From: Amoebophrya sp. A120
Lineage: Eukaryota; Protista; Dinoflagellata
Direction of reading: 5' to 3'
Assembly: GCA_905178155.1 (NCBI GenBank)
Contig: CAJINV010000002.1
Coordinates: 2,881,074 to 2,945,073 of the forward strand
DNA: 64,000 nt
Notes under the pieces: generated by a model
Databases searched by the model: none
Told to the model about the DNA's origin: nothing
What the model saw: only the letters and a program-made list of their open reading frames with translations
In this document: positions 1-12,274 of the stretch, one piece after another
How the letters are laid out: each line of letters begins with the position of its first letter
How positions within the stretch are numbered: position 1 is the first letter of the stretch
Made by a program: the position numbers and the translations under genes

Positions 1-1
1 C

Positions 2-517
2 AACGAAGCTGGTTGCGGAGTGCCATCAAGCGAAGAGGAAAATGATGATGAGGTTGAAGAAGCCGATTTTCAGCATCAGAACACGGCTAGAAAGACGGCA
101 ACAAACGCGGCGGAAAAAGCAGAAGTGCCAGCAGGCGAATCCGGAACAAGAGATATAGACGACGCAGGACCACGCGAAGAAATATTGACGGCCCCCGCGG
201 AGCCGGAGGATGTTCTTTTACAGGGTAAGCCGGAGCAGGAGGACACCAAGAACGGGGCGAAATCCTCGAAAAAAACGTTGCTTCCGCGCGAGGAAGGCGA
301 AGAGGAAATAATTCCCGCGGACACCATGGACGCTGAAGTTGTGAAAGAAGATGAGCGACCAGCGGCGTTTGTGTCGAGTCCGAATCCGGTAGTTAATGAT
401 GCGGGCACTTCGGTGGAGAACGCAGTTGCAGGTGATACTGCTACTGCACTTATTCATCCGTGTATTCATTCTATGTATAAATTGAGCATTCCGTGTATTC
501 ATCCGTGTATTCATTAG
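2..517 (+). CDS. Partial (5'-open) acidic low-complexity hypothetical ORF; truncated paralog of the 848 gene
   Basis: Frame is open from position 2. Nt 1-460 are a close copy of 948-1410; the ORF runs into a short tandem repeat and stops at 517. Confidence 0.45.
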   Translation, partial: NEAGCGVPSSEEENDDEVEEADFQHQNTARKTATNAAEKAEVPAGESGTRDIDDAGPREEILTAPAEPEDVLLQGKPEQEDTKNGAKSSKKTLLPREEGEEEIIPADTMDAEVVKEDERPAAFVSSPNPVVNDAGTSVENAVAGDTATALIHPCIHSMYKLSIPCIHPCIH

Positions 518-548
518 TGTTGTTCATTCTATGTATGAATTGAGCATT
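452..548. repeat. Short imperfect tandem repeat (attcatccgtgt / attcattctatgtat units)
   Basis: Units are directly visible at the point where homology with the 948-1410 copy breaks off. Confidence 0.7.
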
Positions 549-847
549 TGGTTTTTGTCGTGAGCCACATGTTCTTGCGCAAGCGCATGGTTTCTTCTAG
601 CTCTAGTCGGTAGAAAATCAATCGTACACATGGAAGTTTCTGCTGTTGCTTCACTCCGATGTCGATTTATGGTCATCCTCTCAGTTGTGTTGATGTTGAA
701 GATGAAGATGTTTTTCGACTTCGCGGCAGGTTTGCAACTTTCGGTTGCCAAGGTGGTAAACTACAAATGCGCATCGGTTTGTCCTTGACTAGTTTCTCGT
801 TTTTGTCTCAACAACACCATCAAATTCGGTGTCGTGCGTAGAAGTGA

Positions 848-2190
848 ATGGCTCAGGACCACGACAAGGTGGAAAGGAGAAGAAGAGAAGAACGACAATG
901 TGGAAGAAGAAGAGCAGGTGAGGATGTGGATAGACGTGAAGCGACCGGCAACGAAGCTGGTTACGGAGTGCCATCAAGCGAAGAGGATGAAAATGAAGAA
1001 GAAGCCGATTTTCAGCATCAGAACACGGCAACAAAGCTAGTGGAGAAAGCGAAACAAGCTGCAATGCCAGCAGACGAAGCCGGAAGAGATATAGACGACA
1101 CAGGACCTCCTCCACCTCCCCCTCCGCGCGAAAAAATATTGACGACCCCCGCGGAGCATGTTCTTTCACAGGGTATCAAGCCGAGGCAGGAGGACACCAA
1201 GAACAGTTCGAAATCCTCGAAAGAAACGTTGCTTCCGCGCGAGGAAGACGAAGAGGAAATAATTCCGGCGGACAACATGGCCGTTGAAGTTGTGAAAGAA
1301 GATAAGCGACCAGCGGCGGATGTATCGAGTCCAAATCCGGTAGTTAATGATGCGGGTATTGCAGCGGAGAATGCAGGTGATACTGCTACTGCTACTGCAC
1401 TTGTTCATCCGGGCGAAGCAGATCGGGAGCTGCTTTTGAAGCTGCTGCAGGTACTGTTTCTGTGTGGGTTTCATCTGCGTCTTCATGAATGTAGAGTGTT
1501 GGACCAGCAGAGCGAAAATTCAAATTTCAATTGGCATTACTTCGGTAGAAATCTTTTTACGCGGTGTCACTCTACCTATGACAGTTATTCTTGTTGCGAA
1601 AGCAACATGGCCATGGCTACCTCACCCATGAACGCACAGCAAAACCACGCCCAAAACAGGTTCACGAAGCCCGCGCGGACGGGTTTGAGCAGAGTTTGGG
1701 GGAAATTTTGAAGACGCTTCAGCAGTTGACAGTCGTGAAGAACGCCGCTGTTTCAACTGTTAGTGTTGGAGAAGTTTCGGATGCTAGTACATCCCCGATA
1801 CGACTAGAACCATCAAGCGTGGAGGTGTTGAACCACGACAATCAGCCTCCTGTTCCTCCTGCTATGGGAGCCGCAGCTACGTTGGTAGAACCTTCCCACC
1901 ACGATGGAACAATCGTTGCAGCGACGTCGGAGCACGTTAGTGCTAGTGATTTGGAAAAGCAAAAGACTACCCCCGGTGGAAATGCAGGAGCCCCAGAAGT
2001 TGCGCCGGTCGTGCAAGGAGACAAACAACGCTGTCTTCCCGAAAGCGTCGTCGTCGAGAACCCGGGTTCTTTTTTCTACCACGATTTAATCAAGACTGCC
2101 TTGTTGTTCTTCTGTCTCGGGATGGTCGCGGGGTTGCTACTCTTGTCGGAAACGCATTCGCGACTGGGCTGTCACACGGTTTGTGAGTGA
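848..2190 (+). CDS. Hypothetical acidic protein with C-terminal hydrophobic helix; probable join(848..1450,1585..2190), ~402 aa
   Basis: ORFs 848..1711 and 1591..2190 join in frame through a canonical CAG|GTACTG...ACAG| intron at 1451-1584 (LLKLLQ/LFLLRKQ). C-terminal ALLFFCLGMVAGLLLL. Confidence 0.45.
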
Positions 2191-2581
2191 GGGAGATATT
2201 TCGATTTGGAATGCTTCTTTTCTTCCAACGGAACGGGAATTTCAGAGTTCCTGCGGAAAGGGAGTTTCAGAAACCGCAACTATGTATGAAAACAACACGA
2301 CTACAACGGCAAGAAAAACGGTATAAAAGCGACAGAAACTACTTGAAAGACAATAGATGTGCGGCACATGTTACGCCTCCAAAGAACAAATCAAAAAGAA
2401 AATGCAGAAACGACACTTCTTCGCGTCACACCTCACCTCGTGCGTTTCTCCTCAACGAAAAATCAAGAGAGCAGCTGGTGCGCATTTTTGTACAAGAACA
2501 AGAACCGGTCTCTTGCTGCTTCTTCTTGTCCTCGATTCTTTAGAGTTTACACGTGATGTTGAGAATGCACTCTGTCGGTTC

Positions 2582-3423
2582 CTACCAGGCAGCGAAAACC
2601 AACCGCGCCACATGGCGCGCCGAGCGGCGCCACATGCAGGCGGCCCTATATGCAGGCAAAAAAATTTTCGGGGCGCGCGCTGCGCGCGCGCGGATCGACT
2701 TCATCTGTAGGCACGAAGCAAAAATTTTTCGGGGCGCGCGCTGCGCGCGCGCAGCGAGGCACGTGTGACATGTAGGATATGTAGGACATGTAGGCACGTT
2801 GCAAAGCATCTGCATGCAACAACCTACATATGCTGCATGTGTGAACTCAAAATTTACTGCAGTGCCTACTTCTGTACTCGCCGGACCTGAGGGAGCGCGC
2901 ATTCCCCCTCCCCCCCTCCTCCAGGGCGAGAGCCACACAACACGGGGCAAAAAAACTTCGGGCACGCCTCGTGTGCCCGCCGACTTGTCAAACCCCCCCC
3001 AAGCAGCACGGGGACCCCGGGGCCAATACATGGGGGGCCCGCAATCACCCCGATCATGCGACTCCCTGCGCGGAATGCGAAAAAAAAACAGCACGGGCGC
3101 CCGCCCTCTTGGTCCCGCCCGCCCCCACATGTTACCGCGCGCCGGGTTCGCAGCGCGCGCATAGTTAGATAGCACGCAAATGGCTTCGGCCTCGTTGCGT
3201 ACGCCTCTGCGCCTACTGCCGACCAGCCAACTGGCTGCCCCATGCGAAGGCGCCACACGAAGAAGAGCCGCCGGGCGATCGTGCGGCGAGACCGCCGGGG
3301 GCCCCCTCCACCCTTGCGTCGGGGTACCAGCTCCCGTCGTCCGGAATTGGACCAACCTACCCCCCCCCCCTTTCGCCTTGGCGAAAGGGGGTCCAATTGT
3401 TGCACAGCCTCTTACGCGATTCG
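2582..3423. mobile_element. GC-rich non-coding insertion with a terminal hairpin, flanked by a 34-bp direct duplication
   Basis: tacacgtgatgttgagaatgcactctgtcggttc occurs at 2548-2581 and 3424-3457. The segment is absent from the paralogous block (~7500-7580). 12-bp hairpin at 3366-3391. Confidence 0.6.
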
Positions 3424-4167
3424 TACACGTGATGTTGAGAATGCACTCTGTCGGTTCATTCGGCGCTGTGTTCCTGCGTCCTCCTGATTGCCTACACGTA
3501 CTAGTAGCCTCTGGTGGTTTATTACCAACATGTTGTCGGTTTGTAGACGTAATAAACGTATTGTTCGGTTGTGCAGCTTAGGCTTCGTCTTACCTAATCG
3601 GTTTGCGTTGGTGGTTGGTGTGAGCACATCCGCATCTTCGGTTCGTCAAGTGCGTTGTACGTGCGAACTCATTGTTTCGAAATACGTAGAAGTGCATTTC
3701 TGTTTTATTTGTCCGTACCTTCTTCTGCTTTGAATTATATTGAACTGCGTTTTCGAAAGTCAAAGTCGTGAAAGACATATGCGAATAAAGGCAACTTCTC
3801 TACTCCACCCTTCCCAGGCTGCATTATCGTTGTGTGCTTTAAACGTATGTGAAGTTGTTGCTTGTCCCTCCCCGGCGAGCAAGTAAGGTGCGAACACTGT
3901 GACTGAGAATACATTTTCCCCCCATTATTTTTGTATGAATACCGAGTAGCATAGAATCAACGACCCCTCGTCCCCGATTCCAGAAGACAAATTTGACGAA
4001 GTAGTCATATGTATGCATTATGATTCAAAAACAAAGAAAAATACAAAGTTATCAGCTTTCCATAGAAACCAAATAAACTATCAGCTTTCCTAACGAGCAC
4101 GCAGTGTTAACGGCACTCAGTGACGAAGCGAATCGGCGCAAGAACACGCAGAACACGATAATTCACC

Positions 4168-4809
4168 ATGCCGCTACGGACAAAGATGAAGAACAAAAAC
4201 TCGTCCGCCTTCCTGCTGGTGGCACTGAACATGCGGGATCGGGACCGAATTTTCGTGCAGTCGGTGAAAATTGTTTCTTCCAAAAGTGCTGGCACTAGTG
4301 CAACAACCGCCGATGCTGATTTGCCGTCCGGGACCGGCGAGTCGAAGCAAAACAAAGATTCTAGTGTGGATCCAACTGCACCTGGGACCGCGTTCCTCTT
4401 TTTCCCCACCAGTTCCCTCTGGCCGCACGAGTTCTTGAGCAGCTGGTTTTCTTCTGGCGAGCACGCTGTTCAAGCGCGCGACCAGAATCTGCTTCACGAG
4501 GGGCCTGGCAGCAGTGCCAGCAGCAGCAGCAGCAGTACGTTTTTGGAAACGAAGCAAAAGCAAATCAAGTACGGGAATCTCCGCGGCTCCAGGAACAGGG
4601 CTCTTGGGCGGGGAGTAACTGCAACTGGGACGGAGCTCGTGGTTGCTGGCACTAGCTACTTCGCCCGCCGCAATATGGAAGTGAAAACTTCTAGAGATTT
4701 TAACCATCAACATCACAAGCATAACCCGGCTGCACTTGTTCTACTTTATTGCTCTTGCTATATACGAGAACTATTTCCATTCCAACAAGCGAAAAAGGAA
4801 AGCAAATAG
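4168..4809 (+). CDS. Hypothetical protein, LETKQ-KYGNLRG family copy 1 (hydrophobic leader)
   Basis: 213-aa ORF sharing SAFLLVALNM..RIFVQSVKIVSS, FLFFPTSSLWPHEFLSSW and LETKQ..QIKYGNLRG with the 8282 ORF; related motifs in the 12275 gene. Confidence 0.55.
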   Translation: MPLRTKMKNKNSSAFLLVALNMRDRDRIFVQSVKIVSSKSAGTSATTADADLPSGTGESKQNKDSSVDPTAPGTAFLFFPTSSLWPHEFLSSWFSSGEHAVQARDQNLLHEGPGSSASSSSSSTFLETKQKQIKYGNLRGSRNRALGRGVTATGTELVVAGTSYFARRNMEVKTSRDFNHQHHKHNPAALVLLYCSCYIRELFPFQQAKKESK

Positions 4810-5494
4810 GATGCAGAGCCAGTAAATCCACGTTGCTTCATCTGCCGTGGATCGTGCGGAAAGAGCAAGCACACAACGAGCAAACGCACAATTTTTTTAT
4901 TTTGCACCGGGCTTGGCTGTGTTTGTAATTGTATTTCGATTTTTGGTCTCTAATCGACGACGCCTGTCTGTTCCAAGCATATCGAGCAATTCTCAGCGCA
5001 ACAAGCATGCTTCGCTTGTCATGCAGAACAAGGTCTGAAAAATAGAGAGCGCAGTTGCAAATTGCAGCAATGGGATATGATTGTGATGTGGTCTGTTACT
5101 TTTTCCTTTGGATGACTAGCCGTAGCCGCCGACGGACGAGGACCAGTTGACGCAGATGTTGAAGAAGGAAGCGACTTTGTTATCAAGTGTGACTGCTCCA
5201 GCTCCCCATTTTAAAAAATTAAACCATGATGGAAATGGAATGATGAAAATAGGAACAACACACTGCCTGTTGTTCCTATTGGCACAGGAAATCGCTGTGC
5301 TCCGATCTCGCATTCTTAGATTTTAGGGATTACATGAATTCCTTCGTAAAAATCCAACCTGCCAATCGTGACGACAATGTTGGGCGGTGAGCTGTTGCGA
5401 CTGCTGTGCGGCATTGCAAAAGAACGAGGAAGTGCTAAAAAAGCAATGTTAAGTATTCATTGTTTGACTTTCTGATACATGATAAATCAGAAGG

Positions 5495-6850
5495 ATGAGG
5501 AAAATGAAGAAAAAACGGGGACGAGCACGACTTGTGACATATTTCATACCCGTTTCCCCTGCTGCAGCCCTTTCGGTTTCGAGTGCGCTATCTTTTCTGG
5601 GACTTCACCTTCAGGCCCAAGATACTTCGTGGCGGACGTGCTTCGGACTTTTGTCCAGTCAATCGGAAGCTGCAGAAAAAGACAAATCGAAACCTAGTAC
5701 GACCGACAGTGGTTCTCCTACTCTCCTGGGGGGCACCAGCACTTACGAACAAAAACTTCCTACTCGATGGCCACTAGAAAAAAGCGAAATTGTTTGGGCC
5801 ACTTACACATTGCCTAACGGCCGCGGTGTCCTTGGCGACTTTTACGGCATAATTCCAGGGCTTCCGGCTCACGGCCTCAACCAGCCTACAGCCGCGACGA
5901 AAAAAAAAGTACGCTGGATACGGCCGTTACAGCATCCCCACGGGCCAGAAAGCGAGCAGCAGGACCCTGATGTCAAGGTCGACCCGGACGCCACAAATTA
6001 CAAAAATTATCTGTGTGGAGATGCAATTTGGAGGCAACAGCCCAACGTTGTCGACGTTGAAAGCGATTTGCCGGAGATCCCATTGTCTTCAGTAAAGACT
6101 GTACTTCCCCATGCAAAGACACGGGTCAAACTTAAGGGAGAAGAAAGCCGCTCCGGAGACTACAAGCCATTTCAGTTTAGGGACCCGAAGCCGGCACACA
6201 AAGATCGAGGTTCGTGTTTCGAAGTAGGAGATCCAGTTTGGGCGAAAGTTACCTGGACCGGCCCGATTGGGAAAGGCCCCTCTGGTGAAGTCATCAACAA
6301 AAAGCTCATTTTGGGCTACTTTCCTGCGTACATTTCCCTAATCGAAGACAAGGACGAGCACGACAATTACCTCCCCTTTCCCAGTCAAAAGGTGCGTGTT
6401 GGGTGGTATCGGCCACCTGCGGATCAGCAACAGAAAAAGGAATTGGCTTGGGTCCAAGGCGTACTTCCAGAGTTCGGTTCATGGGATGACTGGATGTGCC
6501 TCTACAGCTATGCCCATGGAGAATCTTTTGGCACCACCCCTTTTGACATTGAGGGGAAAACCGACGCGGTTCCGTGGAGTGATTTGCGGTGGCCGTCTGA
6601 GCACCGCCCCAAAAGTCGTGAGCAGTGGCGCGAGACGGTGGCGTTTGTCGAAAACAGAGAGGAATATCGAATGGGACTCGCGAAGTATTTTGATGGGCTG
6701 AAGGACCTGAGTCCTGCTGATGCCCGTGAAAAGTACGGCGTCCAGAAAATTGGCACGGGTCACGAGCTTAAACCAGCTGACAAAGTATGGCCTCCGAGAA
6801 AGACACTTGTGAAAGGTCAGTGCACTGACATTCCAGATCAAGTGTATTAA
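5495..6850 (+). CDS. Hypothetical protein with PWWP/Tudor-like beta-barrel motif(s)
   Basis: 451-aa intronless ORF. FEVGDPVWAKV...GYFPAYI...KVRVGWY resembles the PWWP/Tudor (Royal family) pattern; similarity judged by eye only. Confidence 0.6.
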   Translation: MRKMKKKRGRARLVTYFIPVSPAAALSVSSALSFLGLHLQAQDTSWRTCFGLLSSQSEAAEKDKSKPSTTDSGSPTLLGGTSTYEQKLPTRWPLEKSEIVWATYTLPNGRGVLGDFYGIIPGLPAHGLNQPTAATKKKVRWIRPLQHPHGPESEQQDPDVKVDPDATNYKNYLCGDAIWRQQPNVVDVESDLPEIPLSSVKTVLPHAKTRVKLKGEESRSGDYKPFQFRDPKPAHKDRGSCFEVGDPVWAKVTWTGPIGKGPSGEVINKKLILGYFPAYISLIEDKDEHDNYLPFPSQKVRVGWYRPPADQQQKKELAWVQGVLPEFGSWDDWMCLYSYAHGESFGTTPFDIEGKTDAVPWSDLRWPSEHRPKSREQWRETVAFVENREEYRMGLAKYFDGLKDLSPADAREKYGVQKIGTGHELKPADKVWPPRKTLVKGQCTDIPDQVY

Positions 6851-8281
6851 ATACACTCCAAAACCAAAACCACGAGATGCCTATTTTGCCTTCTAGCTTT
6901 ATTTGTTTTATTAGTTCGCTCTTTATTTTTTTGCGCTCGATGACCATCGCTATGGGCTTCAGGCGCTAGCCTAAACCGCCGGAACTGTAGTTTTTTTTGT
7001 ATTGCAAGCTTCAAATTGCAACCTCGAAATGCAGCCCCATTTATTTCGCCGAGCGTGCAAAGACAACCGAGAGAAACAGTTCTTTCTTCCGGCAAGTACC
7101 GGCGAGAACCCCGCTTCTTTTTCGTACCACGATTAAATCAAGACTGCCTTGCTGTTTTTCTGTCTGGGGGTGGCTGCGGGTGTATTATTGTTATTGGACG
7201 AATCGCATTCGCGGTTAGGCCCTCTCTTCCTCCGGAGCAGGAGCTTGAGAAACCGCAAGAAACCGCAACTATGTATGAAAACAACACGACTACCTAGAGC
7301 AAGAAAAAGAAAAACTGTACAAAGCGACAGAAACCTTACAGAAGATAGATGTGCGACACTCATGATTTTGAAATTACACGAAATAAATCAACAAGCAAAG
7401 AGAAATGACACTTTTTCTATTCGCTTCTCCTCTCGTGGTCTTTTTCTCAGCGAACGACTAAGAGAGCAGCTAATTCGCATTGTACAACTTGTCTGCTTTT
7501 TCTTCTCCTCGGTTCTTTGCAAGCGCTATTCGTACAACTACAACACGTGATGTCCTTGAGGATGTACTTTGTCGGTTCATTCCGCGCTATTTGCCTGCGT
7601 CCTCCTGATTGCCGACATGTAGCCTCTGGTTTGCTAAAATGTTGTCGGTTCCTCGTAGACGTAACCCTGCTTCGGTTTTGCAGCATAGAAGGCTTCGCTT
7701 GACTTATTCGGTTTGCGTTGGAGGTTGTTGTTTGCATATCCACATCTTCGGTTCGTCAAGTGCGTTGTACGTACAAACTTGCTGTTTCGAAATGCGTAGA
7801 AATGCATTTCAGTTCTTGTCTCTACCTTCACTTGCGCTTGCGAAAGTGAAAGACAAATCACATGAACAGGAGCGTTAGCGTTGTGTGTACTTTACAGTAA
7901 GTAGTAGTTTTAATTGCTTGTCCATCCCCGGCGAGCAGGAGCAAGTGTAAGTGAGGTGCGAACATTTGTACTTGAGACTGAAAACTAGACTTTTTCTTTT
8001 GCACTTTTTCCTTCCCCATTACTTTTGATATCAAACGCCATAGAATCAACGATGACCCCTTCCCGCAAATTTGACGAATTTTTCATGTATTACCTCATTG
8101 TAAAACGAATCCGAAACTTCGGCCTCTCATTCGCTCACGGTATGACTCAACCAAAACTATCAGCAGTAGCATGCAGTGTACCAAACTGAAACGGAGCAAG
8201 AAATTGACTTTCATAAAAGTACGGAAACAACGGGAGTAGAGTTCGCCAACAACAAAACGCACCAGAACACGACTCACGACC

Positions 8282-9028
8282 ATGCCGCCGCGGACAAAGT
8301 CAAAGATGAACAACAAAAAGACCCCCTCCGCCTTCCTGCTGGTGGCGCTCAACATGCAGGATCGAGACCGAATTTTCGTGCAGTCGGTAAAAATTGTTTC
8401 TTCCGAAAGCAGTACTAGTAAAGCGACGACAACCGCCGATCATGAAGATGTCCCCTCCCGATGGTCCGGCGAAAGTGCGAAGCAAAACCAAGTAGATCAT
8501 TCTAGTGCCGATCCAACTTCTGCACCCGGAGGTACTACCGCGTTTCTGTTTTTCCCGACCAGTTCCCTGTGGCCGCACGAGTTCTTGAGCAGCTGGCTTT
8601 CATCATCGTCTGGCAGAGATCACGGTCAACAAGCGAGCGAGCAGAAAAATCTTGACGGGTCCTCGACGAAGTCCTCGGGCACCAGCGGTGCCAGCACCAG
8701 TACGTTGTTGGAAACGAAGCAAAACCAAAAGCAAATCAAGTACGGGAACCTCCGGGGGGTCAGGAACAAGGTTCTTGGGGGACGGGCCACGACTTCTGCT
8801 GGGACGGAGCTGCGCGTGGTGGGCAGTGCTAGAGGTACTGGGAAGAACCAAAAAAACTTCGGCTGTTCGTCGTCCGGCGGAGGGGACGAATACGAAAGCT
8901 GTGCAAAAGCGGAAGGAGGAAAAATTGGCCTCGAAGAAGAACTTTCCAGCCGCGATTTGGTCGTGTATGATGCAGCTGCAACTCCTGGAACAACAACCTC
9001 TGCCGTGCCTGCGGGAATATGGAAATAA
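8282..9028 (+). CDS. Hypothetical protein, LETKQ-KYGNLRG family copy 2
   Basis: 248-aa ORF, clear paralog of 4168..4809. Confidence 0.55.
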   Translation: MPPRTKSKMNNKKTPSAFLLVALNMQDRDRIFVQSVKIVSSESSTSKATTTADHEDVPSRWSGESAKQNQVDHSSADPTSAPGGTTAFLFFPTSSLWPHEFLSSWLSSSSGRDHGQQASEQKNLDGSSTKSSGTSGASTSTLLETKQNQKQIKYGNLRGVRNKVLGGRATTSAGTELRVVGSARGTGKNQKNFGCSSSGGGDEYESCAKAEGGKIGLEEELSSRDLVVYDAAATPGTTTSAVPAGIWK

Positions 9029-9701
9029 AAACTTGAACTTTCATCACGACCATAAATCAATGGCAACATTTTTTCATCATCGTCATGTTTTTTCAGTATT
9101 CGTGGGACGGACGTCTTGTAGCTCTTCCGCACATTAAACACGTTTATCGCTTGCTATGCATGAGCATGACGTCTTGTTATGCATGGACTTGATATGGGAA
9201 TACTAGGTTGTAGTTGTACGAGGTTGTGATGTAGTGGTTTCTTTTCCCTTGGACAACCCGGCGCCGAAGAACGAGCAGGAGCAGTTGCAGGCATCCAACA
9301 AGGAAGCGACTTTGCTATCAAGCGTGACGACTTCGACTCTTTCTTTCACAATAAATCCATGTATAGGTGGAAAAGACAGAGAGGTCATGCAGGATTAGAA
9401 GTTAATGTGAGGTAGAATTTCGGCGCAGCATTCACTGCCGTGTTTCCATCTCGCACTTTTTACGAATACCATTACTATTTAGGGCGAATACAAGTTCTGT
9501 ATATGATGAAGATGATTACAAAGCTCCTACCGCGACTGCAGCAACGTTTTTCATGCACGGCATTGGAGAAGAGCTACTCGCAAGAACAGCAGTGGTACCG
9601 ATAGATTTTCTGACCCGTCTAAGGATTGCATGAGAGTCGTAAGCGACGGAGAGCAGGAGTTGTAGCGTGTTATATCCGCCTCCGCTGCTCTCTCGAGTGC
9701 G

Positions 9702-10592
9702 TTGTCCTTTTTGGGGTTTCGGCAGGCGGCTGACGAAGAGGGAAACGGGGCAGGGTGCATCGAACGGATTTCAGATATGTTGTCGGGAAGAAAACAGGTT
9801 GTAGATAAAAAGGGGCACCCAATTTTTTGGGCACCCTATTGGGATCCCAATCATGGCGCATTCAAGGATTGTTATGTCGCCACGAAGAAGCCGGACGGAG
9901 GTGTTCATTTTTTGGAAGAAATCGATGAAAGTGACCTCAAAGACGTTGCAGTGTTCCTGAAGTACGACCATCGTGCCGAGGTCGACGAGGCAAGACTTCC
10001 CTGGCCTGTTACCCTCTTCCCTACTCCAATTCAAACCGAACTACGAGTAGTTACAGACGGAAGCGACCCGGCTTTGTGGGTGGCCGCTCGCGCGCGCGGG
10101 GTTGGCGTGGACACGCTGAAGAAAGTTATGGCAGGAGGCAAGGCAGACCCACAGACGGGAAGGAAAGAGTGTGTGGAAGACGCGAACAAAAGACCTGAAC
10201 CGGAGTCGACCCAGCTACCTGTATCGCTGCAGCAGTCAGTGGACGTCTGGGCCCCTTTTTGCCTGGTGCCGTCGGGGCAAAATCATGAAGTCACGCTCTA
10301 CTTTCGGGGTAGAATTGTAGCCTACACGCCTTCTGGAACTGAACAAAAAGAACCAGAAACGAAGAAGATTCTGACCCCATCCGAAGATGCCTCTGTTGTC
10401 ATTCAATGGTCACGAGCTCCTCAGACCGGAACTGGTGTCAGGAGGGATGACGATGAAGAGTATCTATTCGAGTCGACCGGCCTTGACGAAACGGTAGAAG
10501 ACCGGAAGGATCTCAGGTACAAGGCATTGAAGCTTATTGCAGAGACGCCCGAGCGTCCAAAGGAAGTCACAGACGGTTGCGTATTGAGTTAA
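9702..10592 (+). CDS. Hypothetical protein, paralog of 15987..16985 (WAPFC..VTLYF..RI..V.I.W.R motif)
   Basis: 296-aa ORF; the conserved block is shared with the 15987 ORF. Start uncertain. Confidence 0.55.
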   Translation: MSFLGFRQAADEEGNGAGCIERISDMLSGRKQVVDKKGHPIFWAPYWDPNHGAFKDCYVATKKPDGGVHFLEEIDESDLKDVAVFLKYDHRAEVDEARLPWPVTLFPTPIQTELRVVTDGSDPALWVAARARGVGVDTLKKVMAGGKADPQTGRKECVEDANKRPEPESTQLPVSLQQSVDVWAPFCLVPSGQNHEVTLYFRGRIVAYTPSGTEQKEPETKKILTPSEDASVVIQWSRAPQTGTGVRRDDDEEYLFESTGLDETVEDRKDLRYKALKLIAETPERPKEVTDGCVLS

Positions 10593-12274
10593 TACTGTGG
10601 ACTAGAGATGATTGAATAGTTGACCACAGTGCGGCGCTGCAATATTAAGCTACGATTTCCTATTCCTATGTATTAAATTGAGAATCGCAAACAACATCAA
10701 ACGGGAGATAGCTGCTCCTTCTAAGTAATTTTTCCACGACCGCGCCTGCACGTTCTAACCAGGGCGTAAATTTTTGTTTCGTTTTCTTCGCTTCATTCCA
10801 AAAAGACAGGCACAGCAACACTCAAATATTGCAGTTCGACCGAAACAAAAACATGAAAAGCACAAAACTTAGACGAGAATCACAAGGGAGCTAGTCCTCA
10901 AGTCCACGCCAGCGATATTAATTCGCCAAGAGAAGGGCGAGCAAATATTCTGGCGTTCTTGTTCATCTTTAGTGGACGTCTACTAGAATGCGTCACTATT
11001 CTTGATGGCTGCGCAACTATTTCTTCGATGCGACCGAGGAGCGAGCGGCTCGCTGCATCTTCTACAAGTAGTATTAGCGGTTCATCTTGTGCCCGACTGC
11101 TTGACGAAGTAGAGGACGACCTGTAGTCTCAGTTCTTCTCCGAGGAAGTAGCAAACTGTTTTAGATTTTCGTCGTGTAAATGCGATCGCCGAATAGTCCG
11201 GAGTTAGAAGTCGAACATGACAAATTCTGTGTAACGCTTGTAGTTCCGCCGGGGCGGTTGCGTGACAAACAATCCTGATGCTCTTCCTGGAACACGCATT
11301 CCCTTTCGAGGATTCGGTTCCGTACTCCGTTGTGGCCGCTTTTTGTGGAAGTAGTGACACACCTCCTCATCAACTGTCGGTTCGGTGTCCATAAAGCTTG
11401 TTGTCGGTTCGTTCTGATTTGGCCGCGTGGAGAAGTCTGTCGTGTGTCTTTGCTGCATCTATTCAAGCTGGACGGTTGAGCTCGGTGTCGTATGTCTCTG
11501 ATTTCCTTCTCTGCGTTAACGTTTGCTCGTTTTGAGGAGATATTTTTCGGTCGTGTGCTTTCCGATCTTAACTTCCAGAACCACGAGGTTTCGATATTAG
11601 TAGATGAACAAAGTGGACGTTGTCATTGAGAACATCAAGATAGAATCTTGCTGCGTTGTGTGGTGGTCGTGGCTCTCATCGTTGCATGATCTCTTTATTT
11701 GCGGCGTAGTGCAACTTAAACTCATTACTCTTTGTAGTTGAGCACGGTCTTCAGCAGAGTTGGAAGGAAAAATTCGCGGCGTCTGACACAAATCCCCACA
11801 GCGCAGCTCCCCCCTTCCGTACTTCCAGAAAAACTTTACGAGAAGCTTCTTGTTTAGCCCTCCCCGGCGGCGAACAAGTAAGCGGAGACAAGAATTTATA
11901 CGAAGAACAACATACTTTATTTGGCTTTTTTCCTTCTTCCCTTGTTGTACTGCCGAGTTGGGGAAACACCTCCCCATCTACATCCAAATACTATCGACTA
12001 AAAAGCTACAAACTCGTACGTTTGTCGAGCTGCGAAAATTCGTCCGCGTATGAGATTCGGCTTCGGATGCGTGCTTGTAGTTTGACTTCGAAATAAGAAA
12101 CCAATATTCTCTGATGGAATTGTTGACAGGAGAAAAAAAAGGAAGTAGTAGAGGCAGGAATTTATAAACAGACGAAAACATCACAATCAACTGCAGAAGA
12201 CTTCTTCCGAACTGGGCCCGAAGTGCACGAACCGAAGAGACGAGCTGCTGCCGGAAAACAGAACATAGAACAGC

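Larger units (their letters stand above)
2055..9330 (+). repeat. Diverged tandem segmental duplication (~2055-5190 vs ~7100-9330)
   Basis: Colinear similarity: 2055-2580 plus 3424-3990 vs 7100-8080; 4100-4650 vs 8230-8830; 5080-5190 vs 9220-9330. Confidence 0.8.

Noticed and set aside
5119-5128. ccgtagcc match to the dinoflagellate spliced-leader sequence
   Set aside because: Only 8 bp match; the ATTTTGGCTCAAG part is absent.
10900-12190. Short minus-strand ORFs
   Set aside because: Overlapping, 126 aa or less, with no recognisable motif or paralog support.
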